A stretch of DNA of 64,000 nucleotides from IMGVR_UViG_3300047476_002078:248001-312000, one strand, 5' to 3'. Shown: positions 36,489-47,117, numbered from the stretch's first letter. Numbers and translations are program-made. The notes: generated by a model from the letters alone, not told the origin.

Positions 36489-38210
36489 TTAAAACTGTTT
36501 CCTTGCAATAGGCTTTCCATGAACAACTAAGTCATAAAACATACTTTTGGTCGGTTGCATTTTTTGGGTCATTTCTGGAAACATACAAAAAAGATTTGTT
36601 TTTGCTCTTGTGACTGCAACATAAAAAAGCCTCAATTCTTCAAAAAATTCTTCGTTTTTGAAAGATGGGAAGACTCCATCATAAATACCCATGACAAAGG
36701 TAGTATCCCATTCCAAACCTTTAGATTGGTGAATGGTTGTCAACACAACTCCATTACTCTCTTTTTCTAAACTGTCTGAAAATATTATATCAGATATGAA
36801 TTTTTTAAGATCGGGATGTGATCTAGCAAAGTCCAAAAATTTTTTTACTGCTACATCTCTGCTAGTATCTGGATGATCTCTCTGCACTACAGGCACGTAA
36901 AAATTTTCAACATTTTTTAAAAATTCTTTTGGGTCACTTGTTTTGAAAATATCTACTATTGGAGAAATTCCTCCATGGTTTACAGAGTTTATTCCACTTG
37001 AAATAGCGGTTTCAGCAAGTTTTTGAGCAGTAACTTTACCGACCTTGGGAATTAATCTAAAAATTCTAGCCCAAGCAATGATGTCTTTTTTATTAGTATA
37101 TGCTCGCATAAAACAAATAACATCTTGGATGTGCGAAGCTGTTAATAAATTTTGACCACTCCACACAGTAAAAGGTATTTTTAATTCAGCTAGTTTTAAT
37201 TGAAGTGTTTGGGAAATAAAATGTGATCTATACAAGACAGCCATAGAGTCAAAAGATTTACCTTGGTTTCTAAATTCCAAAATTTTCTGAGCTATATAAT
37301 TAACTTCATCCAAATAATTTCCAACTTTAACCAACTTAGCTTTTGGTGCATCGGGGTAATCCTTTACTGCAACAAGTTCAACTTTAGGACTATCAGGCAT
37401 ACCTGCTAATATACGATTGGCTACTTTTAGAACTTCCTGAGATGATCTGTAATTTACAGAAAGGGGATAATCCGTAACTCCTTCTTTTGACCAGTCGATG
37501 AACGATTCCAGTGATGCTCCACGGAAAGAATAAATTGACTGTGCTGCGTCACCGACAATAAAAAGGTTACGGTGTTTTTTAATAAGTTCTTTTGTAATCA
37601 TTGACTGAATTCCAGAGTTATCTTGAGCTTCATCAACAATCACTAATAAGTAATCAAGTGGGAAAAAATCTTTTTTCAGAAGGGTTAAAACATCTTCAAG
37701 CAAATCATCATAATCTTTAAGCTTATTTTTTACTTTAAACTCTTTATATTTTATTTCAACTTCTTTTAAAATAGGGTCATGATAAGGTTTTTGTAAATTA
37801 CGGTGATAACATAAAATTCCTGCTAAATCGCCCATTTGGTAAGAAAAATTTGAATAATCTTCTGTAATTGTTTTTAAAATATCTTGAACATCGTTATCGG
37901 TAATCAATGAATATGTAAGAACCTTAGATAGTAATTGGTGTGCAAAACTATGAAAAGTTCCTGCAAAAACTTTATCTGATTTTTCACCAATGATTTTACG
38001 GAGTCTTGTTTTAAGCTCTATTCCTGCTTTTTTAGTAAATGTTAGAGCTATAATTTTCTCAGGAGGGATACCGTTGTGAACTTCATAAGCGATTTTAGTG
38101 GTAATACATGAAGTTTTTCCTGAGCCTGCTCCTGCGACAACACGCACAATACCTTTGGGGGCGGTAACGGCAGAAAGTTGTTGGGAGTTTAAATGTTTTA
38201 ATAAGTTCAT
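36489..38210 (-). CDS. uvrD: UvrD/PcrA/Rep SF1A helicase
   Basis: AGAGSGKT, TFT.KA, GTFHS, VDEAQD, VGD..QSIYSFRGA, NYRS, TIHQSKGLEW, LFYVAVTRAK. Confidence 0.93.
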   Translation of the reverse strand: MNLLKHLNSQQLSAVTAPKGIVRVVAGAGSGKTSCITTKIAYEVHNGIPPEKIIALTFTKKAGIELKTRLRKIIGEKSDKVFAGTFHSFAHQLLSKVLTYSLITDNDVQDILKTITEDYSNFSYQMGDLAGILCYHRNLQKPYHDPILKEVEIKYKEFKVKNKLKDYDDLLEDVLTLLKKDFFPLDYLLVIVDEAQDNSGIQSMITKELIKKHRNLFIVGDAAQSIYSFRGASLESFIDWSKEGVTDYPLSVNYRSSQEVLKVANRILAGMPDSPKVELVAVKDYPDAPKAKLVKVGNYLDEVNYIAQKILEFRNQGKSFDSMAVLYRSHFISQTLQLKLAELKIPFTVWSGQNLLTASHIQDVICFMRAYTNKKDIIAWARIFRLIPKVGKVTAQKLAETAISSGINSVNHGGISPIVDIFKTSDPKEFLKNVENFYVPVVQRDHPDTSRDVAVKKFLDFARSHPDLKKFISDIIFSDSLEKESNGVVLTTIHQSKGLEWDTTFVMGIYDGVFPSFKNEEFFEELRLFYVAVTRAKTNLFCMFPEMTQKMQPTKSMFYDLVVHGKPIARKQF

Positions 38211-38284
38211 TAAAGAGGTTTCCGTAAATTGTTAATCAATACTTAGCTAATTTTAATAATACTTTGAGTTAAGGAAAAAAGTAA

Positions 38285-39547
38285 ATGACAGTATCAAGAG
38301 TCTCACACGACCCTACTAAAAATTATCTTGAAGTTCAATTTAATCAAGACGTTTCGCTTCTTGATTCAGAATTAAACGAACTACAAAAAATATTTCGAGG
38401 CTCTCTCGAAGATACCAGACGTGTATTACTCGGAGTTTCATTTTTTGGCGACGAGTTAAAAGTTGTTCCGGGCGATACTCCAAACTCCGTAAAAGTTAAA
38501 GCAGGTACTCTTTTTTATAAAGGTTTAAGAATTAACTTGGCTGAAGACAAAACAGTAAGTTTTTTATCTACTCCTTTAGCAAACAGAACTGACTGCGTGT
38601 TTATTGAGTTTTACGAGACAGAAATCGACCCTACAGAAGACCCAAATCTTCTTGACCCTGCCGTTGGAGCAGAAACAAGCCAAAGATTAAAACTTGAGTA
38701 TTTTGTAAGGGTAATTGAAGGAGTTGAGTTTCCTACACCTTCTGGAACTAATCAGTTTGTTCAATTAGGTAGATTGAATCGAGTAACAGGTGAACCTAAC
38801 ATAACTGAAAGCCAAATTGTTGATGATCGAGCAAAATCAACTCATACTTATGTTATTGATGGGTGTGCTGTTAAAAAATCAGGGGATTTTGAAATTACTG
38901 TAGGGGCAGGCTCCGTAAGAGTGGCGACTGTCGATATGGTAGTTGAAGAAGATGTTGTTTTTAGTATTCCTACAAATTCAACTAGATACATAGTAATTCA
39001 AAATGATTCTGTTCAGGCTTTAGCTTCTCGACCTCTGTCTTATGCTTGTACTTTAGCTATAGTTCAATCCGACAATCTAGGTATTACGATCTTAGATCGA
39101 CGTGATTTTATTCCTATGGTTTATCGTTCAGAAGCTACCGCAGAAACAGAGCAGTTACCGAAACCTCCCACACCTGATACTCAGTCTGGAACGCCTGTTT
39201 CAAAATATAAAGCGGCTACTCAAATCGCACAATTTAAGGTTGTGTGTTTAACAAATACTTCAAATGTAGTGAACTTAGCGAGCAATACAACAAGTGCTAC
39301 CGCTCCTGCTATAGCTATCGCTATTCAAACAGTAGGAGTTAATCAAATAGGAAGTTTCATGAAACAGGGTGAAATTACAAACCCTGCTTGGAACTGGGAA
39401 TTAAAGAAGCCTATTTTCTTAGGAATTAATGGTGATTTAACACAAACTCCTCCGACAATTCCCTATACTATAATTCAAAAGGTAGCATTTCCGGTGACGG
39501 CTCAGACTATTGAGTTCAATCCAAGCCTTTACACTATAAGGAACTGA
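38285..39547 (+). CDS. Tail/baseplate fibre adaptor protein
   Basis: VSR..HDP.KNY..V.F.Q....LDSELNELQ N-terminus; I.D.R modules; C-terminal cement-like W...PIFLG..G.LTQTPP. Confidence 0.6.
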   Translation: MTVSRVSHDPTKNYLEVQFNQDVSLLDSELNELQKIFRGSLEDTRRVLLGVSFFGDELKVVPGDTPNSVKVKAGTLFYKGLRINLAEDKTVSFLSTPLANRTDCVFIEFYETEIDPTEDPNLLDPAVGAETSQRLKLEYFVRVIEGVEFPTPSGTNQFVQLGRLNRVTGEPNITESQIVDDRAKSTHTYVIDGCAVKKSGDFEITVGAGSVRVATVDMVVEEDVVFSIPTNSTRYIVIQNDSVQALASRPLSYACTLAIVQSDNLGITILDRRDFIPMVYRSEATAETEQLPKPPTPDTQSGTPVSKYKAATQIAQFKVVCLTNTSNVVNLASNTTSATAPAIAIAIQTVGVNQIGSFMKQGEITNPAWNWELKKPIFLGINGDLTQTPPTIPYTIIQKVAFPVTAQTIEFNPSLYTIRN

Positions 39548-39548
39548 A

Positions 39549-42491
39549 ATGAGTCTTGAGAAATTTTTAGTTGTTAGACCAGACGGACAAGCAGAAAAAA
39601 GTAAATCTTTTGATAAAATTGACTCACGGGCGAGTTCTTTTTTAGCACCTATTCCATCTGAAACAGAAAGCACAACATTTAATATTTTAAGCGGTTCTGT
39701 TTATATTGATAACGCTGTAGTTAATTTTAACGGTTTAACGGTTGATTTATCGACAGGAGCTAATTATGAAGTTTCTGCGATTCCTTCAAACTATTACAAC
39801 GTAGCTGTTTTCACTTTATCCCCTTCAGGATTGATCGAAAAGGTTGAAGGTACTTCTTCATCTACAAAAGAAGGGGTAGTAGAACCTTCACTTCCTACAG
39901 GGAACTTTCCGATAGCTAAAGTTATTTTTCAAGATAATGGAATCGGTGGAACAGGAACCGTAAATAATGTTTTAGAAGAAGATATTACAGATATAAGACC
40001 GTTTTTTTACGGTAACTACGGTAAGCCTATTTTTGGAACAGATGCGGTAGCTGACTTTAAAGCTTTACCTACGATTCCAGAATCAGCCTCATTAAGAATT
40101 ACTAGAGGTACGCTCTGGATGAATGACGGAAACTTAGTTTCCATTCCAGATACTACAATTAGTTTTTCAAGCGGCGACTTAATATCTCCTTCAATACCTG
40201 CCAACTGGTACAACAAAGCCATTGTTGCTTTAGATGCTTTTGGAAACATTAAAGCCTTTTGGGGAACCCCTGCTTTAAATTTAGAAGACGTAGGTTTAGC
40301 TCAGACTCCGAAAGAATCAATGCCTATAGCGATTGTTAATGTTAGAGACAATGGCAACGCTAATGCTGGAACTTTAAGAAATATTTTAGTTTCTGATATA
40401 CTGGACGTAAGACCTTTATTTAATAACTTCTTAGGGCAGTTGAGAGCCGAGGATATTAATTATTGTAGAGTTCGTGCTTTCTATCCAGCCAATAAACAAA
40501 TTCAAATTTTTAATGGAATTGTTTATCCTAAAGCAGGTTTATTGGTAGATTTTCCTTATACTACAATAGACTTTTCAACAGGAACAAACGCTGTTCCTGC
40601 TACAACTCCGGGCTATTATCGAAAAATACTTATCACTTTAAATGCCGCAGGAAGCCCTCTAATTTTTTACGGAAATCCTTCAGTAAATATTTCAGGATTG
40701 GTAGCACCTCCGACACCACGGAATGTTATCGCTTTAGCTTATGTGACTGTTAAAGACGACGGCTCAGGTTTAACAGGTTCTATTTTACCGATCAATGAAG
40801 AAGACATCCAAGATGTAAGACCTTTTTTAGGTGCAAGTGGAGGCGGTGGAGGAGAAGGAACAACAGCTAGTCAGTCTTACAGTGACTACCTAAATACTTC
40901 TACCTTTGAACAAGGTTTCTACGAAGATTTTTCAGACAGTGATTACATTGATCTTGATAATACTACAGCGGATGCAGATGTTATTGTAGATAACAACACT
41001 ACTTTCCAAGTAGGTGAAACGCTACAAACCACAAATTTGTTTGATAATACGTTTTCATTAACGAACATTCCAAGAGTTTTGATTTTATTATCTGCAAACT
41101 TTTCAGAATTTTTACAGATTGAAGTTACAAATAACGGTGGAATAGATTGGTTTCAGGTAACTACCAATTCAGTAAAAGTTTTTACAACTGTAGGAACAGA
41201 TTTACGTGTTAGATTTACAAATATCGGTACAGGCGAAGTAATACTAACAGATTGGGCTATTTTTTATAATGATGATGAAATAAGCCCTTCGTTTTTATTT
41301 TCAAATGAAAGAGTACCGTTAAATCAAACAATAAATTTTGGTGATAGTGAAATTAATGGAAATGTAATTACATTACAAAATGAAAGATACTATCCTGTAG
41401 GAGAAAACGCTCTTTTAGTATTTAAAAATGGAGAACTTCTAAGACGTGACCCAGAACTTTTGGTTCCTAATTCATATAAAGAATTAAACGCTTCTCAAAT
41501 AGAAGTAAATGTTGCACCGCAATCTGGGGATTACTATCAATTAGCAATTCCAGCCGGATTTTTTGGTAAGTCTGTTACAGAATTTACTTCGTCTTTAAAT
41601 TTACTGCTTCCTGCCAAATATATAGTTGATGAATTAGTTCGAGCGGTGGAGGGAACTACAGTTAGCGTAAAAACAGCTATTGAAAGTGGCGGAAGAGTTC
41701 TTTTAGAAACCCAGAATTGGGACATAGACTCTCCTATAGAAGTTACCAATAATTGCTACATTTATTCAAAAACCATTGGTGAGACGGCAGTAAACTCTAG
41801 TTTTTCAGAAGCTATATTTGAAATAACTTCTGCAAATGAGTTTACTTTGGAAAACATCAAATTATCATCTCTTGCATTATCTCCAAGCGGTATAGGAGTT
41901 ACAATCGCATCCAGCGGTTCTTCAGCTTACTTTTTCAACTGCATGTTTGAAAATTTAGAAAAAGCTGTTGAGGTTGTTGGAGAATCTGAAACTCTAATGT
42001 TCAAAAATTGTAAATTTAAAGATTGTGAAATACCAGTCATAGCAAAGAATAACGCTACTTTTGAAAATTGTTTTTTTGAAAATTGTAGTGTTAGTGGAGT
42101 TTCTGTCGAAAGCAATAGTTTTGTTATTAATTGTAAGTTTATAAACTGTTCAACTCATGGGTTAATTGTAAACGGATTACATAATGTTATTAAAGGGAAT
42201 AATTTTGATTCCTGTGACAATGGAATTATTATTGAAGCTACAGGTGGAGAAAGCGTTGTAAGTGGAAATAAAATTCTAAATTCTATTTCACACGGTTGCA
42301 TTATTAACGGTGAAAGGGTTGTTCTCAATAATAATATATGTAAAGGGAATGATACTGGAATTAGTATTGAAGGTTCTGAAAATATGATAGAGGGTAATAT
42401 CGTTACTGACAACCTAACAGACGGTATTGTGATAGGTCTATCTGCGATTAATAATGAGATAGGTTCAAATGTACTGTTAAGGAATCCATAA
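39549..42491 (+). CDS. Tail spike/fibre protein with three internal repeats and a C-terminal right-handed beta-helix
   Basis: Three ~135-aa repeats ending DI.D[IV]RP; NCxFxN and GNxI beta-helix repeats. Confidence 0.7.
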   Translation: MSLEKFLVVRPDGQAEKSKSFDKIDSRASSFLAPIPSETESTTFNILSGSVYIDNAVVNFNGLTVDLSTGANYEVSAIPSNYYNVAVFTLSPSGLIEKVEGTSSSTKEGVVEPSLPTGNFPIAKVIFQDNGIGGTGTVNNVLEEDITDIRPFFYGNYGKPIFGTDAVADFKALPTIPESASLRITRGTLWMNDGNLVSIPDTTISFSSGDLISPSIPANWYNKAIVALDAFGNIKAFWGTPALNLEDVGLAQTPKESMPIAIVNVRDNGNANAGTLRNILVSDILDVRPLFNNFLGQLRAEDINYCRVRAFYPANKQIQIFNGIVYPKAGLLVDFPYTTIDFSTGTNAVPATTPGYYRKILITLNAAGSPLIFYGNPSVNISGLVAPPTPRNVIALAYVTVKDDGSGLTGSILPINEEDIQDVRPFLGASGGGGGEGTTASQSYSDYLNTSTFEQGFYEDFSDSDYIDLDNTTADADVIVDNNTTFQVGETLQTTNLFDNTFSLTNIPRVLILLSANFSEFLQIEVTNNGGIDWFQVTTNSVKVFTTVGTDLRVRFTNIGTGEVILTDWAIFYNDDEISPSFLFSNERVPLNQTINFGDSEINGNVITLQNERYYPVGENALLVFKNGELLRRDPELLVPNSYKELNASQIEVNVAPQSGDYYQLAIPAGFFGKSVTEFTSSLNLLLPAKYIVDELVRAVEGTTVSVKTAIESGGRVLLETQNWDIDSPIEVTNNCYIYSKTIGETAVNSSFSEAIFEITSANEFTLENIKLSSLALSPSGIGVTIASSGSSAYFFNCMFENLEKAVEVVGESETLMFKNCKFKDCEIPVIAKNNATFENCFFENCSVSGVSVESNSFVINCKFINCSTHGLIVNGLHNVIKGNNFDSCDNGIIIEATGGESVVSGNKILNSISHGCIINGERVVLNNNICKGNDTGISIEGSENMIEGNIVTDNLTDGIVIGLSAINNEIGSNVLLRNP

Positions 42492-43315
42492 TGCCATTAA
42501 TAAAACAGCTTAATCAGAAATTAACAAAAATAAGAACCCCTAGAGACACAGATTTAGCCGGAGGTCTTTTTAATTTTAATTTCTTTTTGGGTTCTCAGGG
42601 TATTGGACCTGATTCTAATATTTTTACGACTACTAGAAGATTTGTAGCAGATGACTACTCTTTGATGGTTTTTAAAAACGGTCAATATCGGTATCAAAAC
42701 ATACACTATCTTGCTCTGGACAATCAAAACATTCAATTTATTGAAAGTATTTCATCAACAGATGAAATAGCTATAATTGTTAATGGTGGGAGTATTGTAA
42801 GAGATAATAGTGCTAACAATTTTAACAATATTGTTCAATTAGCTGGGGATTTATACAAAACAGGTTCCGCACAGCTTTTTAACACTGGTGTTAAGGCTTT
42901 AGAAAATCCTGTAAGCTTTCAAGGTTTATTGTCTCCTGTAAAAGCGGTTGTTGGTCCCAATGGAACACATGATCGACTTCAAGACGCAATTGATTTTGTT
43001 TCAGACGGTGCTTTAATCATGATTGATTCTCACGAATTAATACTAACCGAAGCAGTTAATATCAATAAAGATAATATCACTATCATGGGTTGCGGAAGAG
43101 GCTCTGTTATCAGCGGAGACGGTTCTTTCATAGGATTAAATATCACTAATGATGGTGTAAAAATTAAAGGTTTAAAATTTAATAATTTTTCTACAGCTAT
43201 AAAGGTTTCTTCGGAATCTTGTATGGTTATTGAGAATTATTTTACAAACAATACAATTGATGTGGATTACAGCGGAATCGTTAAACTGATTCTTGAAAAC
43301 AATTTAAAAGAGTAA
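42491..43315 (+). CDS. Beta-helix virion protein
   Basis: LMVFKNG module; VGP.G....LQDAID...I.I.G.G..S.I pectate-lyase-like start. Confidence 0.6.
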   Translation: MPLIKQLNQKLTKIRTPRDTDLAGGLFNFNFFLGSQGIGPDSNIFTTTRRFVADDYSLMVFKNGQYRYQNIHYLALDNQNIQFIESISSTDEIAIIVNGGSIVRDNSANNFNNIVQLAGDLYKTGSAQLFNTGVKALENPVSFQGLLSPVKAVVGPNGTHDRLQDAIDFVSDGALIMIDSHELILTEAVNINKDNITIMGCGRGSVISGDGSFIGLNITNDGVKIKGLKFNNFSTAIKVSSESCMVIENYFTNNTIDVDYSGIVKLILENNLKE

Positions 43316-43316
43316 T

Positions 43317-46300
43317 ATGGCAAATTTTAATTTAACAGTTAAAGGTACAGTTAAATCTGACGACGACTTTAGAATTCAACTTGAATTACTTCAGCCTAGT
43401 TGTACAGAGAATGATAAGGTTGTAACTATAAGTTCAGCTTCCAAAGTTAAATCTAATGGGCAAGTTGTTAAAGCTTATGTTATTCCACGAAATCCTTCAA
43501 ATTTTCCGGGCGGTTCAGTAGATTTTTCATTATATGAATCTAATGTGCCTTCTGATTCTTATGTAAAAGCTTTAATTGTCATAAACTCCGTAGATGGTGT
43601 AGATGTTTATTTTGGAACTCCTGCTGCTTCGGCTGAATTAGCGTCTGAGCCTAACTCTTTAAGTTATCACATTGCGATTGTAACTTTAAGAAAAATAGGA
43701 AGCGTTTTACAAAACATTACGAACGCTGACATTATAGATAGAAGACCTTTAAACCAAATTAACGGAGCACCTGTTTACTATGCAGCAGGCGATGAAATAG
43801 CTACCGAGCAGTTTTTAGTTCAGATAGCAGACTCCTTTGTAGGTCTTCCAAATACACTTGATAACTCGATAGATTTTACTGCAAATAGAGCGTCTGTAAG
43901 TCAGTATGCTTCACCGAATTTAATTACTGCTAAGTTTAGTGTAAGAACAGGAAGTTTCTCCGGAAACGCTGTCAGCCTTGATGACGCACCTTCTTTTTCA
44001 ATTAGACCTAATTGCTGGGTTCGTGTTGGTCAAGAGTTTAGAAGAATAACCAATATTTCTAGTCAAACAGAATTTGAAGTTTCTTCAGATTTTTTAGGAG
44101 CTTCTTGGATTAACGAAAGTGATATAGAGCAGTTGCCTTGGGTAGATGTTGTATATGGGCAAAGTAAATTTTTTGCGGTATCTACTACAGGTAAAATAGC
44201 TAACTCTGAAGATGGATTAAGCTGGACAGAAAAATATACATCCTCATATCATTTTAACAAAATAATTTATACAGGCTCTATATTGGTTGCTGTTGCCAAT
44301 GATGGAGTTATTGTTCACTCTAATGATGAGGGTGAAAATTGGAATGTGGTAACGACAGGATTAGAAGATTTTTATTCTGTTGTTTTTGATGGTACAAATT
44401 ATATTATTGTTTCAAGCGGTAATGTTTATACTTATGATAGCGTATTTACTCTAAGTAATACTGTTTCAATACCTCAAACTTTACTTCAAACTTCTGGAAA
44501 TAATAAATACTATACCTCAAATCTAATTAAAAAAATTACTTATGGAAACGGTTTGTATGTAATTGTTACTGACGAGTTCAAAGAATATGAAACAGTCGGT
44601 TCTACAACAGTAACAAACCTATATCTCAGCTATATATGGACTTCAAATGATGGTACAACTTGGAGTAGAATAAGCACTCCTTGGAAAACCTCATTCAATT
44701 ATTCAAGTTTTTATGTTAATTATGCAGATTACTTAAACGGTGTTTATCTTGTAGGTGGAAATTTTGGAACTTACAAGTCAAGTGATGGTTCAAGCTGGTC
44801 TTTTGCTTGTGCTGAAACTATGGGAGCCTCATACGGCTTAGGTATTTATCTTTTAATTAGTTCAAATATTTCATACTTCTCAGAAGACTTAATTACATTT
44901 TCAGAAACTACTCTTGCTCAAAATAATTGGAAAGCTAGTTCGTTTAACGGTCAAATTTTCTTAGCTGTTGGAACGTCTGGAAATTACAGGTCAATGTTTG
45001 TTGATCTTAGCACAACAACTTTTGCCATCTACGAACCTATTCCTACTAAAGATTTGTATCAAAATGTAGGGGATGAGTCTCAGGGAACAAGAGTCATAGA
45101 TAATTTTAGTGAATTAGTTACAAGTTTGATTCTCGATTATGATGACAGTTCATCTGTAGATGACGGTCAGTATGATTCAGGAAGCAATAATATTATTGCC
45201 TTAGTATCCACAGATGATGAAGACGATTTTGTAACATTTTTAAGACCTTTATCAAAAGCAGGAGAGCTTACTGAAATAGTAATGCCTAACCCTGCACAAA
45301 ATTTAAAAATCACATTTTTACCATTTCACTATGTAGGTGATGGTCAAGTTAATCTACTTGGGTATAGCTGTTTCTTTATTAAAGACGTAGAACAATACAA
45401 AGGTGGAATATTTAATCAAGCTTTAGGATTCACTAACGAGTCTTCTGGATTAAATATGGATATAGGGTTGTTTAACAACAGAACTTTAATCACATTCAAA
45501 GATGAATTTTCTTCGTATGTTACAGGAATAAATTCTTCCTCTCCTTATGGTGATCTAATTGTTCAAGAACAAGGTGCAGAGATACCTAGACGTTTAGTTG
45601 GAGTAACAGATGATACTCTTCCTTATTACGAAGAACTGTCTCCAAATCAAATTCTTTTATGGGATAATCTAAGCAATTCTGTAAAAAGAAGAATGATTTC
45701 TGTAGTAAGAAGATATGGAACAATTGATACAAACGACCAAAACTCTTCTTATATTCAATCCTTTAAAGCAAAAGGTTCCCCTGTACTGTACAGCGTAACT
45801 CAGGCTGGTTGTAATAATGGAGATGTTGTTTATTTTAATGGTACTCAATTCGTAAAAGCTTTAGCAGACGATATTTCAAATGCCGACATTGTTGGAGTAA
45901 TTTTTAACGTATCTGGCACATTAGGAGATGTTGCAATATCTGGGAAAATTGAAAACGTGTTCACAGGTCTTGTAGTAGGAAATCCGTATTTTTTAAGTCA
46001 GGTTGATGCAGGTCAAATAATTACACCAAAACCAAGTTCCGGATTAATTGTAAAAGTAGGATTCGCTACGTCATCTAACACTTTAGTTCTTGATGTAAAA
46101 GAATTTTTTGATCTTCCTCAAGCCGATGCTATTGTAGGGTCTTCAACTCAGCTTGCTAATGGACAAGCAACTCATACTTCTTTAACAACAGCTATTAGTG
46201 ATATACCTGTTGATGGAAAGATTTTGATTTTAAGAGGAACTTTTACAGGAAATATAGATGTCAATAAAAGATGCTCAATAGAAGGTCAAGGATATGGTTC

Positions 46301-46478
46301 TAACTTCAGTGGAAACATAACTGTATCTACTGATTACGTTACTTTAAAAAATGTAAGATTTGGTGGAAATTTAACTGTGTCTGGAAATAGCAATTTCATT
46401 CAACAATGTTTTGTTTCTTCTACCTCTACAATTTCTAACACAGGTACTAACAATCTGGTTCAGACAATTACAGGGTAA
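43317..46478 (+). CDS. Large tail fibre/receptor-binding protein (beta-propeller, cement-like and beta-helix domains)
   Basis: S.DG..W propeller repeats; GDVVYFNG..FVKA.AD...G.PYFLS...AG.I; C-terminal beta-helix. Confidence 0.7.
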   Translation: MANFNLTVKGTVKSDDDFRIQLELLQPSCTENDKVVTISSASKVKSNGQVVKAYVIPRNPSNFPGGSVDFSLYESNVPSDSYVKALIVINSVDGVDVYFGTPAASAELASEPNSLSYHIAIVTLRKIGSVLQNITNADIIDRRPLNQINGAPVYYAAGDEIATEQFLVQIADSFVGLPNTLDNSIDFTANRASVSQYASPNLITAKFSVRTGSFSGNAVSLDDAPSFSIRPNCWVRVGQEFRRITNISSQTEFEVSSDFLGASWINESDIEQLPWVDVVYGQSKFFAVSTTGKIANSEDGLSWTEKYTSSYHFNKIIYTGSILVAVANDGVIVHSNDEGENWNVVTTGLEDFYSVVFDGTNYIIVSSGNVYTYDSVFTLSNTVSIPQTLLQTSGNNKYYTSNLIKKITYGNGLYVIVTDEFKEYETVGSTTVTNLYLSYIWTSNDGTTWSRISTPWKTSFNYSSFYVNYADYLNGVYLVGGNFGTYKSSDGSSWSFACAETMGASYGLGIYLLISSNISYFSEDLITFSETTLAQNNWKASSFNGQIFLAVGTSGNYRSMFVDLSTTTFAIYEPIPTKDLYQNVGDESQGTRVIDNFSELVTSLILDYDDSSSVDDGQYDSGSNNIIALVSTDDEDDFVTFLRPLSKAGELTEIVMPNPAQNLKITFLPFHYVGDGQVNLLGYSCFFIKDVEQYKGGIFNQALGFTNESSGLNMDIGLFNNRTLITFKDEFSSYVTGINSSSPYGDLIVQEQGAEIPRRLVGVTDDTLPYYEELSPNQILLWDNLSNSVKRRMISVVRRYGTIDTNDQNSSYIQSFKAKGSPVLYSVTQAGCNNGDVVYFNGTQFVKALADDISNADIVGVIFNVSGTLGDVAISGKIENVFTGLVVGNPYFLSQVDAGQIITPKPSSGLIVKVGFATSSNTLVLDVKEFFDLPQADAIVGSSTQLANGQATHTSLTTAISDIPVDGKILILRGTFTGNIDVNKRCSIEGQGYGSNFSGNITVSTDYVTLKNVRFGGNLTVSGNSNFIQQCFVSSTSTISNTGTNNLVQTITG

Positions 46479-46481
46479 CAA

Positions 46482-47117
46482 ATGAAAAAAGCAAATCAGA
46501 GTCAATCAGATACAGATATTGAAAAACGTCGTTACGAAACAACGCTAGAAAGACCTCCAAGACATGATTTGAGAAGAGATCATGCTCCAGTACGTGACCC
46601 TGATTTACAAAAAGAAAAAATACAAAGAAGAGACGATATGGGTGGAACTTCTGTTTACAAGAAAAAGAACGAACAAAAATCCAAAGCCTCCAAAGAAGAA
46701 TCTGGTTCAACTGGAAGATTAATGGATGGCTGGGAACCTAAAAAAGAAAATTTAGAACAACTATTAAAAGTTGAAGCAAAACTAGATGTTTGTATTAAGT
46801 TTTTATCTCAAGCCCTCTCTGATTTTGCTGGTTTAAAATCCATAGACATTTCCCCTGACGGAAAATTAGGTGGAAGAGGTTTCGTGATGGATATTTCTGA
46901 AATCCGATCTCGTTTATATAGCACGGTAGAAAACATCTCTTTAGTGATTGATACTTTGTATGATGAAACTAGAGGAAAACATTGGACTAGCAAATTTGAA
47001 GTAGCTGAAATGAAAGAAGAGGCGAAAGAAGATGCAAAAGACGATCATTTGGAAGAATCTGACTTAAATAAAGTATCTTCAATTTACGAATTTGTAAAAA
47101 AGAAGGCTAATAAATGA
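46482..47117 (+). CDS. Putative head-associated protein
   Basis: RPPRHDLRR; ISPDGKLGGRGFVM; KKA motifs. Confidence 0.6.
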   Translation: MKKANQSQSDTDIEKRRYETTLERPPRHDLRRDHAPVRDPDLQKEKIQRRDDMGGTSVYKKKNEQKSKASKEESGSTGRLMDGWEPKKENLEQLLKVEAKLDVCIKFLSQALSDFAGLKSIDISPDGKLGGRGFVMDISEIRSRLYSTVENISLVIDTLYDETRGKHWTSKFEVAEMKEEAKEDAKDDHLEESDLNKVSSIYEFVKKKANK

